A DNA stretch of 64,000 bases, from positions 14,502 to 78,501 of the forward strand of contig JABIBT010000021.1 of the NCBI GenBank assembly GCA_018652625.1. Reading direction: 5' to 3'. A program made the position numbers and the translations under genes. The notes beneath the pieces were generated by a model. It saw only the letters and a program-made list of their open reading frames with translations. It searched no databases and was not told the DNA's origin. Each line of letters begins with the position of its first letter. Position 1 is the first letter of the stretch. This stretch comes from Candidatus Woesearchaeota archaeon (GTDB taxonomy: Archaea; Nanobdellota; Nanobdellia; SCGC-AAA011-G17; PNOQ01). Below, piece after piece: positions 27,245-36,638 of the stretch.

Positions 27245-28096
27245 ATGGCTTTAGAGTCAATTATTAATCCGGCAAAGGCAGCCCAACATCCAAGTAGGAT
27301 GCTTTTTATTGGTTTTTTATATGCCAGTATTGCTTTATTTTTATCTACTTGGATTTTTAGAAGCCATGCAAGCCTGATTATGGTTTTTTTGACAGTTATT
27401 GCTTCCATTCCATTTATGTATAAAACCCTTAAGATGGAGGAGAAGTTAGATATAAAGTTAAAAAAAGAAAGTAAAATACTTAAGGAACATGCTAGGGTCA
27501 TTAAGGCTTTATTATATTTGTTTGGAGGATATGTTTTAGCTTTTTCATTGTGGTTTATTGTTTTACCTAGTGGGATGGTTCAAAGTTTGTTTTCTGCTCA
27601 GTTAGATACTATTAGTGCGATTAATAATCAGATTTCTGGAAATGTAGTTAATTCTGGATCTATTTTGTTACAGATATTTTTTAATAATTTTAAGGTTATG
27701 TTATTTTGTTTGTTCTTTTCTTTCTTTTATGGAGCAGGAGCAATTTTTATTTTAACCTGGAATGCTTCTGTTATTGGAGCAGCAATTGGTAGTTTTGTTA
27801 AAGAGAAGCTTGCTGCCTTAGCATTATCTGCCGGGTCTGCTAATATTTTTCATTATTTTCAATTTTTATCTTTGGGGTTGGCTAGATATGCCATTCATGG
27901 AATTCCAGAAATAGCTGCGTATTTTGTAGCTGGGCTGGCTGGAGGAATAATCTCTGTAGCAATGGTTAATAGAGATTTGGATAGTCCCAAATTTCATATT
28001 ATTTTGAAGGACGCTTTGGAACTTGTTTTGATTGCTATTTTGATTTTAGTTGTAGCTGCATTTATGGAAGTGTATTTGACACCAGTGTTTTTTTAA
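27245..28096 (+). CDS. Polytopic membrane protein, SpoIIM/DUF95-like.
   Basis: QIFFNNFKVMLFCLFFSFFYGAGAIFILTWNASVIG matches the F-x-NN ... G ... NG/NA pattern of the stage II sporulation protein M family. Confidence 0.55.
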   Translation: MALESIINPAKAAQHPSRMLFIGFLYASIALFLSTWIFRSHASLIMVFLTVIASIPFMYKTLKMEEKLDIKLKKESKILKEHARVIKALLYLFGGYVLAFSLWFIVLPSGMVQSLFSAQLDTISAINNQISGNVVNSGSILLQIFFNNFKVMLFCLFFSFFYGAGAIFILTWNASVIGAAIGSFVKEKLAALALSAGSANIFHYFQFLSLGLARYAIHGIPEIAAYFVAGLAGGIISVAMVNRDLDSPKFHIILKDALELVLIAILILVVAAFMEVYLTPVFF

Positions 28097-28113
28097 TCTA
28101 ATCTTTCAAAACA

Positions 28114-28121
28114 TTTATAAT
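28114..28121 (+). promoter_or_regulatory. TATA box (TTTATAAT).
   Basis: It lies 33 nt upstream of GTG 28147. Confidence 0.45.
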
Positions 28122-28146
28122 CAAACATAATTTTCTCATCTTTAAC

Positions 28147-29622
28147 GTGAGTATTGAAAAAAGAACTACAAAAGCAGCCCTAATAGTTTCTGTTGCAGGA
28201 ATAGTAGTAGTTTTGTTATCATACCTATTAAGAGTTATTTTAGCTAGAACTTTAACATTAGCAGATTATGGTTTGTTTTACGCAGTTTTTGCTGTTGTTC
28301 AACTTTTCTTGTTTTTTGAAGGTTTTGGAACCCCTACGGCCCTAGTTAAATTTATTTCTCAGTTTAAATCACAGGAAGAATATGGAAAAATAAAAACAAT
28401 TATTTTCTCTACTTTTTTTATTCAATTGATATCTTTATCTTTTATTAGTTTAATTTTATATTTAATTGCTCCATTTTTAGCAGAGCATTATTTTAAGACT
28501 AGTGCAGCAGAATTATTGATTAAGTTATTTGTTTTATACATACTATTAGGATTCTTATTTAAATTAACTAGGGGGATTTTTAATGGATTTCAAAAGTTTA
28601 AGATTTTTGCTTTAATGGAACCAATAAGGTTAATTATTGTTATTTTTTCTTTGTTCATTTTACTAGCTTTAGATTATGGAGTTTTGGCTCCAATATTAGC
28701 TTTCAATATAGCTTGGATTCTTACCGTTTTGTTTTTTGTTATTCCTTTATTTAAAACAGTGAAATTTTCAAAGTACAAAATTTCTAAACCCTACTTAATG
28801 GGAAGAAAATTACTAAAATTTGGATTTCCTTTGATGTTTGTAGGGGTTAGCAGTAAAGTAATATCATATCTTGATACTATTGTGCTAACATATTTTATTG
28901 GTTTAGACCAGGTAGGAATCTATAATGCAATTTTACCTTCATCTTTAATATTTTTATTTTTAGGAAATGCACTAGCTAATGTTTTGTTGCCGGTTTCTTC
29001 TGAATTGTGGGTTTCAAAACTGAAAGATAAGATTTCTAGTAGTTTAAATAATGCTTACAAATTTGTTTTATTTTTTACTTTGCCTTTGATTTTAGCAGTT
29101 ATGATTTATGCTGAATTTTTTATAGGATTTGTTTTTGGTGAGGGGTTTGTCCCTGGAGCAAATGTTTTTAGGATTTTATTAATAGGTGTTGCTTTTTTTA
29201 GTATTGCAGTTATGAATAACTCTATTTTAGTGGGAGTTGGAAAAACTAAAACGGTTATGAAAATTTTAATATCTGCTTCTATAATTAATTTGATTTTGAA
29301 TTTAATCTTAATTCCTTCTTTTGGAATAATGGGGGCCGCAGTTTCTACTTCATTTAGTTATATTCTTGTTTTAGCATTTAATTATAATTTTATTAAAGAG
29401 AAAATGGGAGTTTCCTTAAATAAATCAAATATTGTTAAATTAGTAATTGGTTCGTTAATTTTTGCTTTGATTTTGTTAATTTTGAAATCAGTTGTTGATT
29501 GGGGAATTTGGTATGAACTAATCTTTGGAATTTTAGTTTCTGGAGCAGTTTATGTTTTGTTTATGTTTAAAATGAAAGTAATTACAATTTCTGAGTTAAG
29601 AAGATTAGTTAGAAAGGAGTGA
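28147..29622 (+). CDS. Oligosaccharide/polysaccharide flippase (MOP superfamily, Wzx-like).
   Basis: It is 491 aa with about 14 TM helices, and has the typical Polysacc_synt length and topology within a glycan locus. Confidence 0.7.
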   Translation: MSIEKRTTKAALIVSVAGIVVVLLSYLLRVILARTLTLADYGLFYAVFAVVQLFLFFEGFGTPTALVKFISQFKSQEEYGKIKTIIFSTFFIQLISLSFISLILYLIAPFLAEHYFKTSAAELLIKLFVLYILLGFLFKLTRGIFNGFQKFKIFALMEPIRLIIVIFSLFILLALDYGVLAPILAFNIAWILTVLFFVIPLFKTVKFSKYKISKPYLMGRKLLKFGFPLMFVGVSSKVISYLDTIVLTYFIGLDQVGIYNAILPSSLIFLFLGNALANVLLPVSSELWVSKLKDKISSSLNNAYKFVLFFTLPLILAVMIYAEFFIGFVFGEGFVPGANVFRILLIGVAFFSIAVMNNSILVGVGKTKTVMKILISASIINLILNLILIPSFGIMGAAVSTSFSYILVLAFNYNFIKEKMGVSLNKSNIVKLVIGSLIFALILLILKSVVDWGIWYELIFGILVSGAVYVLFMFKMKVITISELRRLVRKE

Positions 29623-30714
29623 GTTGTAGAGTTCTAAATATTTTTTAGTTATTAGTTTTACATCGAACTGTTTTGATTTTTTATAACCGTTTAAAGCTAT
29701 TTTATCTCTTAGTTTTTTATTGTTTAGCAATTTTATTATTTTCTCAGTTAGGTCCTTTACATCTCTTGGTTTGGTTAATATTATTTCTTTGTCTTTTTCA
29801 AAAATTTCGTTTAGTTCTGGCAAGTCAGAGGAAATTACTGCTGTTCCGCAGGACATGCTTTCTAAGATGCAAGAAGGATTACTTTCTGTTGCTTGTAGAT
29901 TGGGGTAAGGCAATACAACAAGTTCAGATTTATTTATGTATTCTGGGATGTTGGCTTGCTTTACAATGAGATTAAGATGTTTTGAAATTTCTGGGTTTTT
30001 CAATAATTCTTTATAGTGCGGTTTTATTTTTGTTGGTTTGATTACAAAATAGAATTTTACTTTTGTTTCTTTAGCTATTTTTGGGATTGATTTAAGCAAA
30101 TATGTTGCTCCCTTTCTGTCTACTAATGGTCCGTAATAAAGTACTATTTTTTCTTTCTTTGTTTTTGTTTTTTTGAAATATTCAGTATCTATGTGGGAAT
30201 TTATTATTCTTATTTTATTATTTTTTATCCCTTCTTTGATTAATTTTTGTTTTGTGATATTTGATTGAACTGTTATTGTATCACTGAAGTTTAGAATTCT
30301 TGTTAGAACGTTCCATTTTGTTTTTTTTGGTGTTGATTTTATAGAATGGACTAGCTTTGCTCTCTTTGAAGCTTTTTTAGCTAATAAACCTCTTAAAACA
30401 AGTAATGGAGAAGAGCTGAAATTATGAATTATATCAAACTTTAATCCCTTCTTTTCTAAATATTTAATTGATTTTGGAAATGCTGTAAAATAGTTTAGGA
30501 TTTTGTTTGGTTCTGTGTTTTTACTTTTTCCGTATAGTCTATAGACTTTTATCCCTTCAACAACTTCTTCTGATACCAGATGTTTTCTTTTATCTGAAAT
30601 TATTACTACATTGTGGCCTAATTTTTTTAATTCTTTAGCTAAGAGTAAGACTGTTACTTTTGTTGCTTCTCTTATTCTTATATCGAATCCAGTTAGTAAT
30701 AGTGCTATGTTCAT
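29605..30714 (-). CDS. Glycosyltransferase family 4 (GT-B, Glycos_transf_1).
   Basis: GPLVDRKGATYLL and ESNPSCILESMSCGTAVISSD (the E-x7-E region) are present. Confidence 0.75.
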   Translation of the reverse strand: MNIALLLTGFDIRIREATKVTVLLLAKELKKLGHNVVIISDKRKHLVSEEVVEGIKVYRLYGKSKNTEPNKILNYFTAFPKSIKYLEKKGLKFDIIHNFSSSPLLVLRGLLAKKASKRAKLVHSIKSTPKKTKWNVLTRILNFSDTITVQSNITKQKLIKEGIKNNKIRIINSHIDTEYFKKTKTKKEKIVLYYGPLVDRKGATYLLKSIPKIAKETKVKFYFVIKPTKIKPHYKELLKNPEISKHLNLIVKQANIPEYINKSELVVLPYPNLQATESNPSCILESMSCGTAVISSDLPELNEIFEKDKEIILTKPRDVKDLTEKIIKLLNNKKLRDKIALNGYKKSKQFDVKLITKKYLELYNSLLSN

Positions 30715-30760
30715 TTCTTAAGGAAAATTCATAACTTATATAAATCTTATTAAAGAATAT

Positions 30761-31822
30761 CTATTCCAATAATTCTTTTGATATAGGATCAAATTTCCTG
30801 AGATCTTCTTTTAATCTTTTCCCTACAACTTCTTCGTATTTCTCAGAAGGCAAACCGTTTAAGTGGGCCTGTGGACGCATTGCGTATAACATATCTGCTG
30901 TTATTATTGTTCCTTCTCTTAAGTCTTGACTGGCTACAAGTGTTTTTCTGAATAAAGGTCTAAATACAGATTCTCCTTCCTGTAGAAGATTTTCTTGAAC
31001 TCCCATGCTTTTTTCAAGCATCCTTGTTCCATCTACTAATTTTTTTAGTTCTTCTGGGAGTAAAGAAACTTTATGGTCTGAGCCCCAATGTTCCCTATCA
31101 AATGAGAAATGTTTTTCTATTATTCTTGCTCCCATTACAACTGCAGCTAGAGCTGAGTCTATTCCTACTGAGTGATCTGAAAATCCTATAATTAGAGTAG
31201 GATACTTTTTTTGAAAATGTTTTATTGTTCCTAAATTTAATTCTTCTGGTGGGCATGGATATTTTGAAACACAATGTAGAAGTGCTACTTCTGCTCCTCT
31301 TTTTCTTAAGAAATTTAGAGACATCTCTGTTTCTTCTTCTGTGCTCATTCCAGATGAAAATATGATTGGTTTTCCTGTTGATGCAATGTAATCAAGAGTT
31401 ACAAAGTCTAGAATGTCCCCAGAACCGACCTTCCATAGTTCTACTCCTAGTTCATTTAGTTTTTGTGCTGCCTTTTTGCTCATTGGAGTTGAAAAGAAGA
31501 TTATTCCTATTTCATCACAATATTGTTTCAAAGGTTTCCAGAATTGTTCTAAGGGGGTGGCTTCAGTGTTTCTTTTTACCCAATTATATCTATCTGATCC
31601 TTGAAAGTGTGGAGAAGTTACATCAATATTTGCTTGTTCGTCTTCTACTTCGTGAGTTTGGAATTTTACAGCATCTGCCCCTGCATCTTTTACTGCCTTG
31701 ATTAATCTCTTTGCTCTGCTTAGATAGACTTCTATAGGGAGAACTTCTTCTTCTTGAATAAAATTTTTACCTATATCTGCTATTATGAATACTTTTTCTG
31801 AAGTTAGTTCTTTCAAATTCAC
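30761..31822 (-). CDS. neuB: Nonulosonic acid synthase (NeuB family: sialic, legionaminic or pseudaminic acid synthase).
   Basis: It has a TIM-barrel NeuB domain (AVKFQTH, GFSDHSVG, IIEKHF) and a C-terminal SAF domain. The start is GTG. The usual I-G-x-NH segment reads IGKNF here. Confidence 0.8.
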   Translation of the reverse strand: MNLKELTSEKVFIIADIGKNFIQEEEVLPIEVYLSRAKRLIKAVKDAGADAVKFQTHEVEDEQANIDVTSPHFQGSDRYNWVKRNTEATPLEQFWKPLKQYCDEIGIIFFSTPMSKKAAQKLNELGVELWKVGSGDILDFVTLDYIASTGKPIIFSSGMSTEEETEMSLNFLRKRGAEVALLHCVSKYPCPPEELNLGTIKHFQKKYPTLIIGFSDHSVGIDSALAAVVMGARIIEKHFSFDREHWGSDHKVSLLPEELKKLVDGTRMLEKSMGVQENLLQEGESVFRPLFRKTLVASQDLREGTIITADMLYAMRPQAHLNGLPSEKYEEVVGKRLKEDLRKFDPISKELLE

Positions 31823-31846
31823 CTTAATATGGAGATTTTTATTTTG

Positions 31847-31854
31847 TTTATAAG
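31847..31854 (-). promoter_or_regulatory. TATA box for neuB (CTTATAAA on the minus strand).
   Basis: It lies 32 nt upstream of the start at 31822. Confidence 0.45.
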
Positions 31855-31883
31855 TGTTATGAAGAACTACCTTTTAGTAAATC

Positions 31884-31891
31884 TTTTAAAT
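31884..31891 (+). promoter_or_regulatory. TATA box (TTTTAAAT) for the kinase gene.
   Basis: It lies 29 nt upstream of ATG 31913. This supports that start over the ORF-track 31829. Confidence 0.5.
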
Positions 31892-31912
31892 CTTCTATCT
31901 TTCCTCTTTTTT

Positions 31913-32989
31913 ATGGTTGAAGAGTCATTGTTAGAGGTTATGAAAGATACCGCTAGTTATTTTGGGCGTAGTGGTGTAATAGATTATGTAGAAGATATTG
32001 GCAAAAAGTTCAATGGCAAGAGAAATGAGACCCACCTTATAGAAATTGGAATGGTAAGGAGATTTCCATTCGTTTGGAAAAGGTTTGTTGAAGACTTTTC
32101 TAAGGAACAGGTTTTATTTCAAATAGAAATTTCTGATGCTTTAAAAAAGGAAGGTATATTGACTCCCGTATTTTATGGAAGAAATGATTGGAAAAGAATT
32201 TATGAAAGAGATGGCAGAAATATTGTTTTGCAACAGTATCTTCCTTCAGAACAGATTCAGGATGCTAGTTTAGAACAATGTGTTTCTGCTGTTGAGATGC
32301 ATGGAAGGTTTATGAAAGCACTTGAAGGAAAGGAGTTTGAATATGCTCAATATGCTCCTAGTAGAAAAGGGATTGTTGCTGCTAGAGAAGAACTTACTCG
32401 GTTGTTAGATGCTGAATTGATTGAAGGTACTGGCACGTCTAGAGAAGAAGAAAAAAGAATAAAGGGAGATGAAATTCCTAGATTATTAAATTTATCTAAT
32501 GAATTAAAGCAATATGATTCTGAAGAGGGAGTTTCTATGATACATGGAGATTTTCAATGGAAAAATATAGGTTATGTTGGTGGCAAAGCCGAAATTATTT
32601 ATGATTTTGATCAAGTTAGGTTAGATTTACCAAGTGCAGATTTAGCACATACTATTGATATGTTTACTATAAAAAGACAAGAAAAAGATTATGACCCAAA
32701 TGCACCAACCGGAGCATTTAGATTCTCTCCATATGAAGTGAATTATGAAAAAGCCGAAGCTTTAGTAAATATTTTAAGAGATAAAGGAATTTTTTCTGAT
32801 GAAGAAATAGCTAAGATGCCAGAGTCTTTAGCCATTTGGACTTTGAATGGTTTGGCTATGCACTATCATTATGGTATGGAAGTTCCTACAATGGGGCATA
32901 AGAAGTTGTCTAGAGAGTTTATGTTACAGACTAGATTGAATGCATGTTTAAATAATGAAAAGTTTAGAGGAATTTTTAAAGATGCTTAA
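31913..32989 (+). CDS. Aminoglycoside/choline-kinase-fold (APH-like) small-molecule kinase.
   Basis: IHGDFQWKNIGY is the catalytic-loop H-G-D-x4-N motif, and IYDFD is the DFD Mg site. The start is trimmed to M29 using the TATA spacing. Confidence 0.65.
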   Translation: MVEESLLEVMKDTASYFGRSGVIDYVEDIGKKFNGKRNETHLIEIGMVRRFPFVWKRFVEDFSKEQVLFQIEISDALKKEGILTPVFYGRNDWKRIYERDGRNIVLQQYLPSEQIQDASLEQCVSAVEMHGRFMKALEGKEFEYAQYAPSRKGIVAAREELTRLLDAELIEGTGTSREEEKRIKGDEIPRLLNLSNELKQYDSEEGVSMIHGDFQWKNIGYVGGKAEIIYDFDQVRLDLPSADLAHTIDMFTIKRQEKDYDPNAPTGAFRFSPYEVNYEKAEALVNILRDKGIFSDEEIAKMPESLAIWTLNGLAMHYHYGMEVPTMGHKKLSREFMLQTRLNACLNNEKFRGIFKDA

Positions 32990-33746
32990 TGAAGTTAGAG
33001 GAACTTATGAGGGAAAAAAAGTTGCAATTCTTGGTTCTGGTCCATCACTTACTGATTTTTTTGAAAGAAATGAAGATTTGGTTATAGGTGTTAATGGTGC
33101 TGGCAAATTATTAGAATGTGGCGATTATTTTTTTTCCGCAGATCAAGCTGCTCATTTAAGGTCATGGTTTTTGGATTTAAGTCCCGGGGTTATTAGTACT
33201 TTAAGATGTATTTCTGCAATATATTCCGATAGTTTTTTTTCAGATAAACAAAGAATACAGCCGTTTATAGATGAATATGAAAATTATATGAGAGAACATC
33301 CTGAGTTTGTTAAACCTACTGCTCATCCAGAAGTTAGTTATATTGGAGCAGGTACTGGCGGTGCTTGGTGGTTGGATGCTTTTGGAAAAAGAGTTCCAGA
33401 GCCGAGATATCCTAATTTGATGTTAAGAACAATTACAAAAAATGAACCAGTTGGATTAAATCAAAGAACAATAAATAGTGGTGGAACAAGCTCCGCGGGA
33501 GCTATGCAGATGGCTGCCGTTTTGGGAGCAAAGGAGATTCACTTGTATGGTGTGGAGTTTAGTAATGATACTTCTGAAAAAACCCATGGTAAGAATTATT
33601 TTTATGAACCTGCTTCTGGAGAGCTTGGAAAGACTACAGATAAACAATTAGCAAACATGGATGGGATGGTTGATGAATTAATGAATCAAAATATTTTAGT
33701 TTTTTCTCATGGTCCAACTAGATTAGAAAATACAATTAAAGCTTAA
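32955..33746 (+). CDS. DUF115 / Maf (motility accessory factor)-like protein; candidate nonulosonic acid transferase.
   Basis: KKVAILGSGPSL and GGTSSAGAMQMAAVLGAKEIHLYGVEF match the MptE/Maf-like DUF115 pattern. It is embedded in the neuABC cluster. Confidence 0.55.
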   Translation: MKSLEEFLKMLNEVRGTYEGKKVAILGSGPSLTDFFERNEDLVIGVNGAGKLLECGDYFFSADQAAHLRSWFLDLSPGVISTLRCISAIYSDSFFSDKQRIQPFIDEYENYMREHPEFVKPTAHPEVSYIGAGTGGAWWLDAFGKRVPEPRYPNLMLRTITKNEPVGLNQRTINSGGTSSAGAMQMAAVLGAKEIHLYGVEFSNDTSEKTHGKNYFYEPASGELGKTTDKQLANMDGMVDELMNQNILVFSHGPTRLENTIKA

Positions 33747-34459
33747 TTTTTTAGAAGTAATTCTGCTGTTCTAAAATCATGCTCAGTATCAATATTTACA
33801 AAGTTTTCTTTATCCATTACATAAGCAAAACAATGCTTCCCATATAATCCGGCTTCTCCGTGTCCACCGGTTGTCATAATAACTTCTTTTTTTGTTAAAT
33901 ATATTGCTCCGTTTCTGTAATATGTTTTTGGTAAAAGTTGCCTTCTTGTTTTGAAGTCTTTTATATTTGAATCGTATTTGTTCATGAATAGTTTTATTTC
34001 ATTACTCTCATCCAAAGATATTTGCCATAATGGACTAAAGTGCCCCGGAACCGAATCAACGCTTACTAAAGAATCTGGTTTTTTTTCTTTGAATAATTCA
34101 ACTGCTCCATCTATATCTTCTACTGTCCTAAATGGAGTTGTTGGTTGTAATAACATTACTGCATCAATCTTTTCTCCTTCTTTTTCAAGAGTTTCTACTA
34201 CGTGTTGGATTACTGGAAGGGTTGGAGCTGTATCGCTTGCTAATTCTTCAGGACGCATAATAACTTCTGCACCTAAGTCTCTAGAAATTTGAGCTATTTC
34301 ATCATCTTCTGTAGAAACGATTACTCTGTTTATATTATCTGACTTTTTTGCTTCATCAATAGTATATTGAATTAATGGTTTTCCTGCTAACTCTTTAATA
34401 TTTTTTCTATGAACCCCCTTTGATCCCCCACGTGCAGGTATTACTCCAATTACATTCAT
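33743..34459 (-). CDS. neuA: CMP-nonulosonate synthetase (acylneuraminate cytidylyltransferase).
   Basis: The N-terminal signature VIGVIPARGGSKGVHRKNIKELAGKPLIQYTI is present. Confidence 0.85.
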   Translation of the reverse strand: MNVIGVIPARGGSKGVHRKNIKELAGKPLIQYTIDEAKKSDNINRVIVSTEDDEIAQISRDLGAEVIMRPEELASDTAPTLPVIQHVVETLEKEGEKIDAVMLLQPTTPFRTVEDIDGAVELFKEKKPDSLVSVDSVPGHFSPLWQISLDESNEIKLFMNKYDSNIKDFKTRRQLLPKTYYRNGAIYLTKKEVIMTTGGHGEAGLYGKHCFAYVMDKENFVNIDTEHDFRTAELLLKN

Positions 34460-34460
34460 T

Positions 34461-35615
34461 TTAGTAACTTATCCTTTTCTGTACATCCAAATTACATTGA
34501 CTTAAAACTTCCGGTATTACTTTACTTGGAGTACCAGTATAAATTTCTTCAGATTCGTATTTTCCGTGTTCCATTTGTCTTTGAATAGAATTTCTAATTT
34601 GTTCTTGATCGTATCCACAATCTATTACATTTTTTCCCCTTAACCTTCCTGCTTGTCTAGTCCCAATGTTTACAACTGGGATTCCTAGAAATGAGCTTTC
34701 TTTTATTCCAGTTGAGGAGTTTCCGATTAAACATGAACAATGATTGATTAGTCTTGTGTAATCTTCAGAAGAGAGATGTCTAAAAAAGTGTATGTTCCCC
34801 TTTACATCGTTTTCTTCTCTAAAAGTTCTTATTCCCTTTGCTATTTCCTCAGATCCTGCGTCCATGTTTGGCCATAGCCAGATTGTAGGAGTGTCTAAAT
34901 TATTTATTGCTTGAAGAGTATGTTGAATTTGTTTATATCCTTCCCCATATTCGGTTGTTACGGGATGTTGTAACACTACTAAATATTTTCCACTGATATC
35001 TGCCTTTTCTCCCACTCCACCATATCTTTGGTATAGGTCATGTAATGGGGAAAGATCACAATTTTTTATGAATTCTATATCTGGACTTCCAGCTAAAAAT
35101 ATTTTACTTGGATTTTCTCCAAGTTTTACTATTCTTTCTGCTGAATCTCTATTTGTTGGAAAATGAATATGGGATAATTTTGTTATGGCATGTCTTACAC
35201 TTTCATCTATTGAACCGGTCACGTCTCCTCCTTCGATGTGTGCAATTGTTATATTCATATATGATGCTGCTATTGCTGCAGATAAAACTTCGAATCTATC
35301 TCCCCTAACTAAAACAATATCTGGCTGTAAATTATCAAAGACGCTTGAGAATTCTATAATACCAAGTCCTGTTGTTTTTGACATTGAAAGTGGTGTTCCT
35401 CCTTCTATGTTCATTGTTAGTTTTGCATTAATGTGAAATCCATCTTTTTCGATGTCTTTTATTACGTCTCCGTATCTATTCAGAACTGCTGAGGCACCAA
35501 CTATAATTTGAAGTTCAATCGATGAAGTATTTTTTAATTCTCTTAGAATGTGCTTGAATCTACCGTAGTGAGCTCTACTTGTTATAACAACACACACCTT
35601 CCTTTTTTCTTCCAT
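34461..35615 (-). CDS. neuC: UDP-N-acetylglucosamine 2-epimerase, hydrolysing type.
   Basis: VCVVITSRAHYGRFKHIL, VRGDRFE and IAHIEGGD are present. It lies directly upstream of neuA. Confidence 0.8.
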   Translation of the reverse strand: MEEKRKVCVVITSRAHYGRFKHILRELKNTSSIELQIIVGASAVLNRYGDVIKDIEKDGFHINAKLTMNIEGGTPLSMSKTTGLGIIEFSSVFDNLQPDIVLVRGDRFEVLSAAIAASYMNITIAHIEGGDVTGSIDESVRHAITKLSHIHFPTNRDSAERIVKLGENPSKIFLAGSPDIEFIKNCDLSPLHDLYQRYGGVGEKADISGKYLVVLQHPVTTEYGEGYKQIQHTLQAINNLDTPTIWLWPNMDAGSEEIAKGIRTFREENDVKGNIHFFRHLSSEDYTRLINHCSCLIGNSSTGIKESSFLGIPVVNIGTRQAGRLRGKNVIDCGYDQEQIRNSIQRQMEHGKYESEEIYTGTPSKVIPEVLSQCNLDVQKRISY

Positions 35616-35637
35616 TAATGAGGAGGACCCTGATTAA

Positions 35638-35645
35638 TTTATAAA
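35638..35645 (-). promoter_or_regulatory. TATA box (TTTATAAA) for neuC.
   Basis: It lies 30 nt upstream of the start at 35615. Confidence 0.5.
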
Positions 35646-35680
35646 GATTATGAAGGTTCAATAGTAATCTTTAGTAATCT

Positions 35681-35688
35681 TTATATAT
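35681..35688 (+). promoter_or_regulatory. TATA box (TTATATAT).
   Basis: It lies 29 nt upstream of ATG 35710. Confidence 0.5.
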
Positions 35689-35709
35689 CTCTGCTTTTTT
35701 TTCTTTGTA

Positions 35710-36624
35710 ATGGCAAATCTTACTATTGTAAATTACCATTATGTTAGAGATATGCATGAAACTAAGTATCCTGGCATAAAAGGATTTCTAATTAAATACT
35801 TTAAATTTCAAGTTGATTATCTAAGTAAAAAATTTAATATGATTTCTATGAGCCAATATGTTGATTATTTAAATGGTAATGGGGAGATTCCTGAAAATTC
35901 TTGTTTGTTAACTTTTGATGATGGTTTGAAAGACCATTATGAAAATGTTTATCCTGTTTTGAAAGAGAAGGGAATTTCTGGGATGTTTTATCTTATTTCT
36001 CAAACTTTAACTGATTTTAAGGTTCCACATGTCCATAAAGTTCATTTTTTGTTGGATAAATTAGGAAGTGAAAAAATAGCCGGGTTTGCCAATGAATTTT
36101 TTAAAAGTAAAGGAAACGAGGTATTTGAAAAATATAGAATTCATGGAGAGTTTAGAATAAATCCTAAAAGAAGATTTGATGATAATTTGACAGCTAATCT
36201 AAAACAAAATTTAGGAGTTATGCCTTTTTCGCTTAAGGATGAATTATTGAACGATTTATTTTCTGAATGTTTTGAAGAAGAAAAGTTTTGTAAGGAGTTA
36301 TTTTTATCTGAAGAAGAAGTTAAAGAAATGATGGAAAATGGAATGGAATTTGGTAGTCATAGTCATTTTCATAAACAACTGGCTTCTTTGAGTGAGAAAG
36401 AACAAGAAGAAGAATTTGTGAAGTCTACTGAGATTTTAAGAGATAAGTTTGGAAAAATAGACTCTTTTTCTTATCCAAATGGGAGCTATACAGAAGAAGC
36501 AATTGAAATGTTAAAAAAATTAAATTATGTTAGTGCAGTTACTGTTGAGCTTAAGGAAAATGAAGGAAAAGTTAATCCTTTCAAGATAGCAAGATTTGAT
36601 GCCAATGATTTTCCTAAAGAGTAA
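35710..36624 (+). CDS. Polysaccharide deacetylase (NodB/CE4 family).
   Basis: The NodB motif LTFDDGLKDHYENVYPVL and downstream His motifs (GSHSHFH) are present. Confidence 0.75.
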   Translation: MANLTIVNYHYVRDMHETKYPGIKGFLIKYFKFQVDYLSKKFNMISMSQYVDYLNGNGEIPENSCLLTFDDGLKDHYENVYPVLKEKGISGMFYLISQTLTDFKVPHVHKVHFLLDKLGSEKIAGFANEFFKSKGNEVFEKYRIHGEFRINPKRRFDDNLTANLKQNLGVMPFSLKDELLNDLFSECFEEEKFCKELFLSEEEVKEMMENGMEFGSHSHFHKQLASLSEKEQEEEFVKSTEILRDKFGKIDSFSYPNGSYTEEAIEMLKKLNYVSAVTVELKENEGKVNPFKIARFDANDFPKE

Positions 36625-36638
36625 GTTTTAAAAATTGA

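Noticed and set aside
31829-31912. Several ORF-track entries carry N-terminal extensions: the kinase (31829), deoA (14034), NTase/TMK paralog 2 (43154), the aminotransferase (48089), cysN (19626), cysD (18625) and the EamA-like gene (52492).
   Set aside because: The extensions encode hydrophobic or basic junk, overlap upstream genes or promoters, and precede better starts. Those better starts are supported by TATA spacing, ATGA/TTGA stop-start overlaps or alignment with known N-termini.
35662-35681. There is a tandem 10-mer TAGTAATCTT x2 between the divergent neuC and deacetylase TATA boxes.
   Set aside because: It is too short, in AT-rich DNA, to distinguish from chance or slippage. I saw no second occurrence elsewhere. 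It could be an operator, but nothing supports that.
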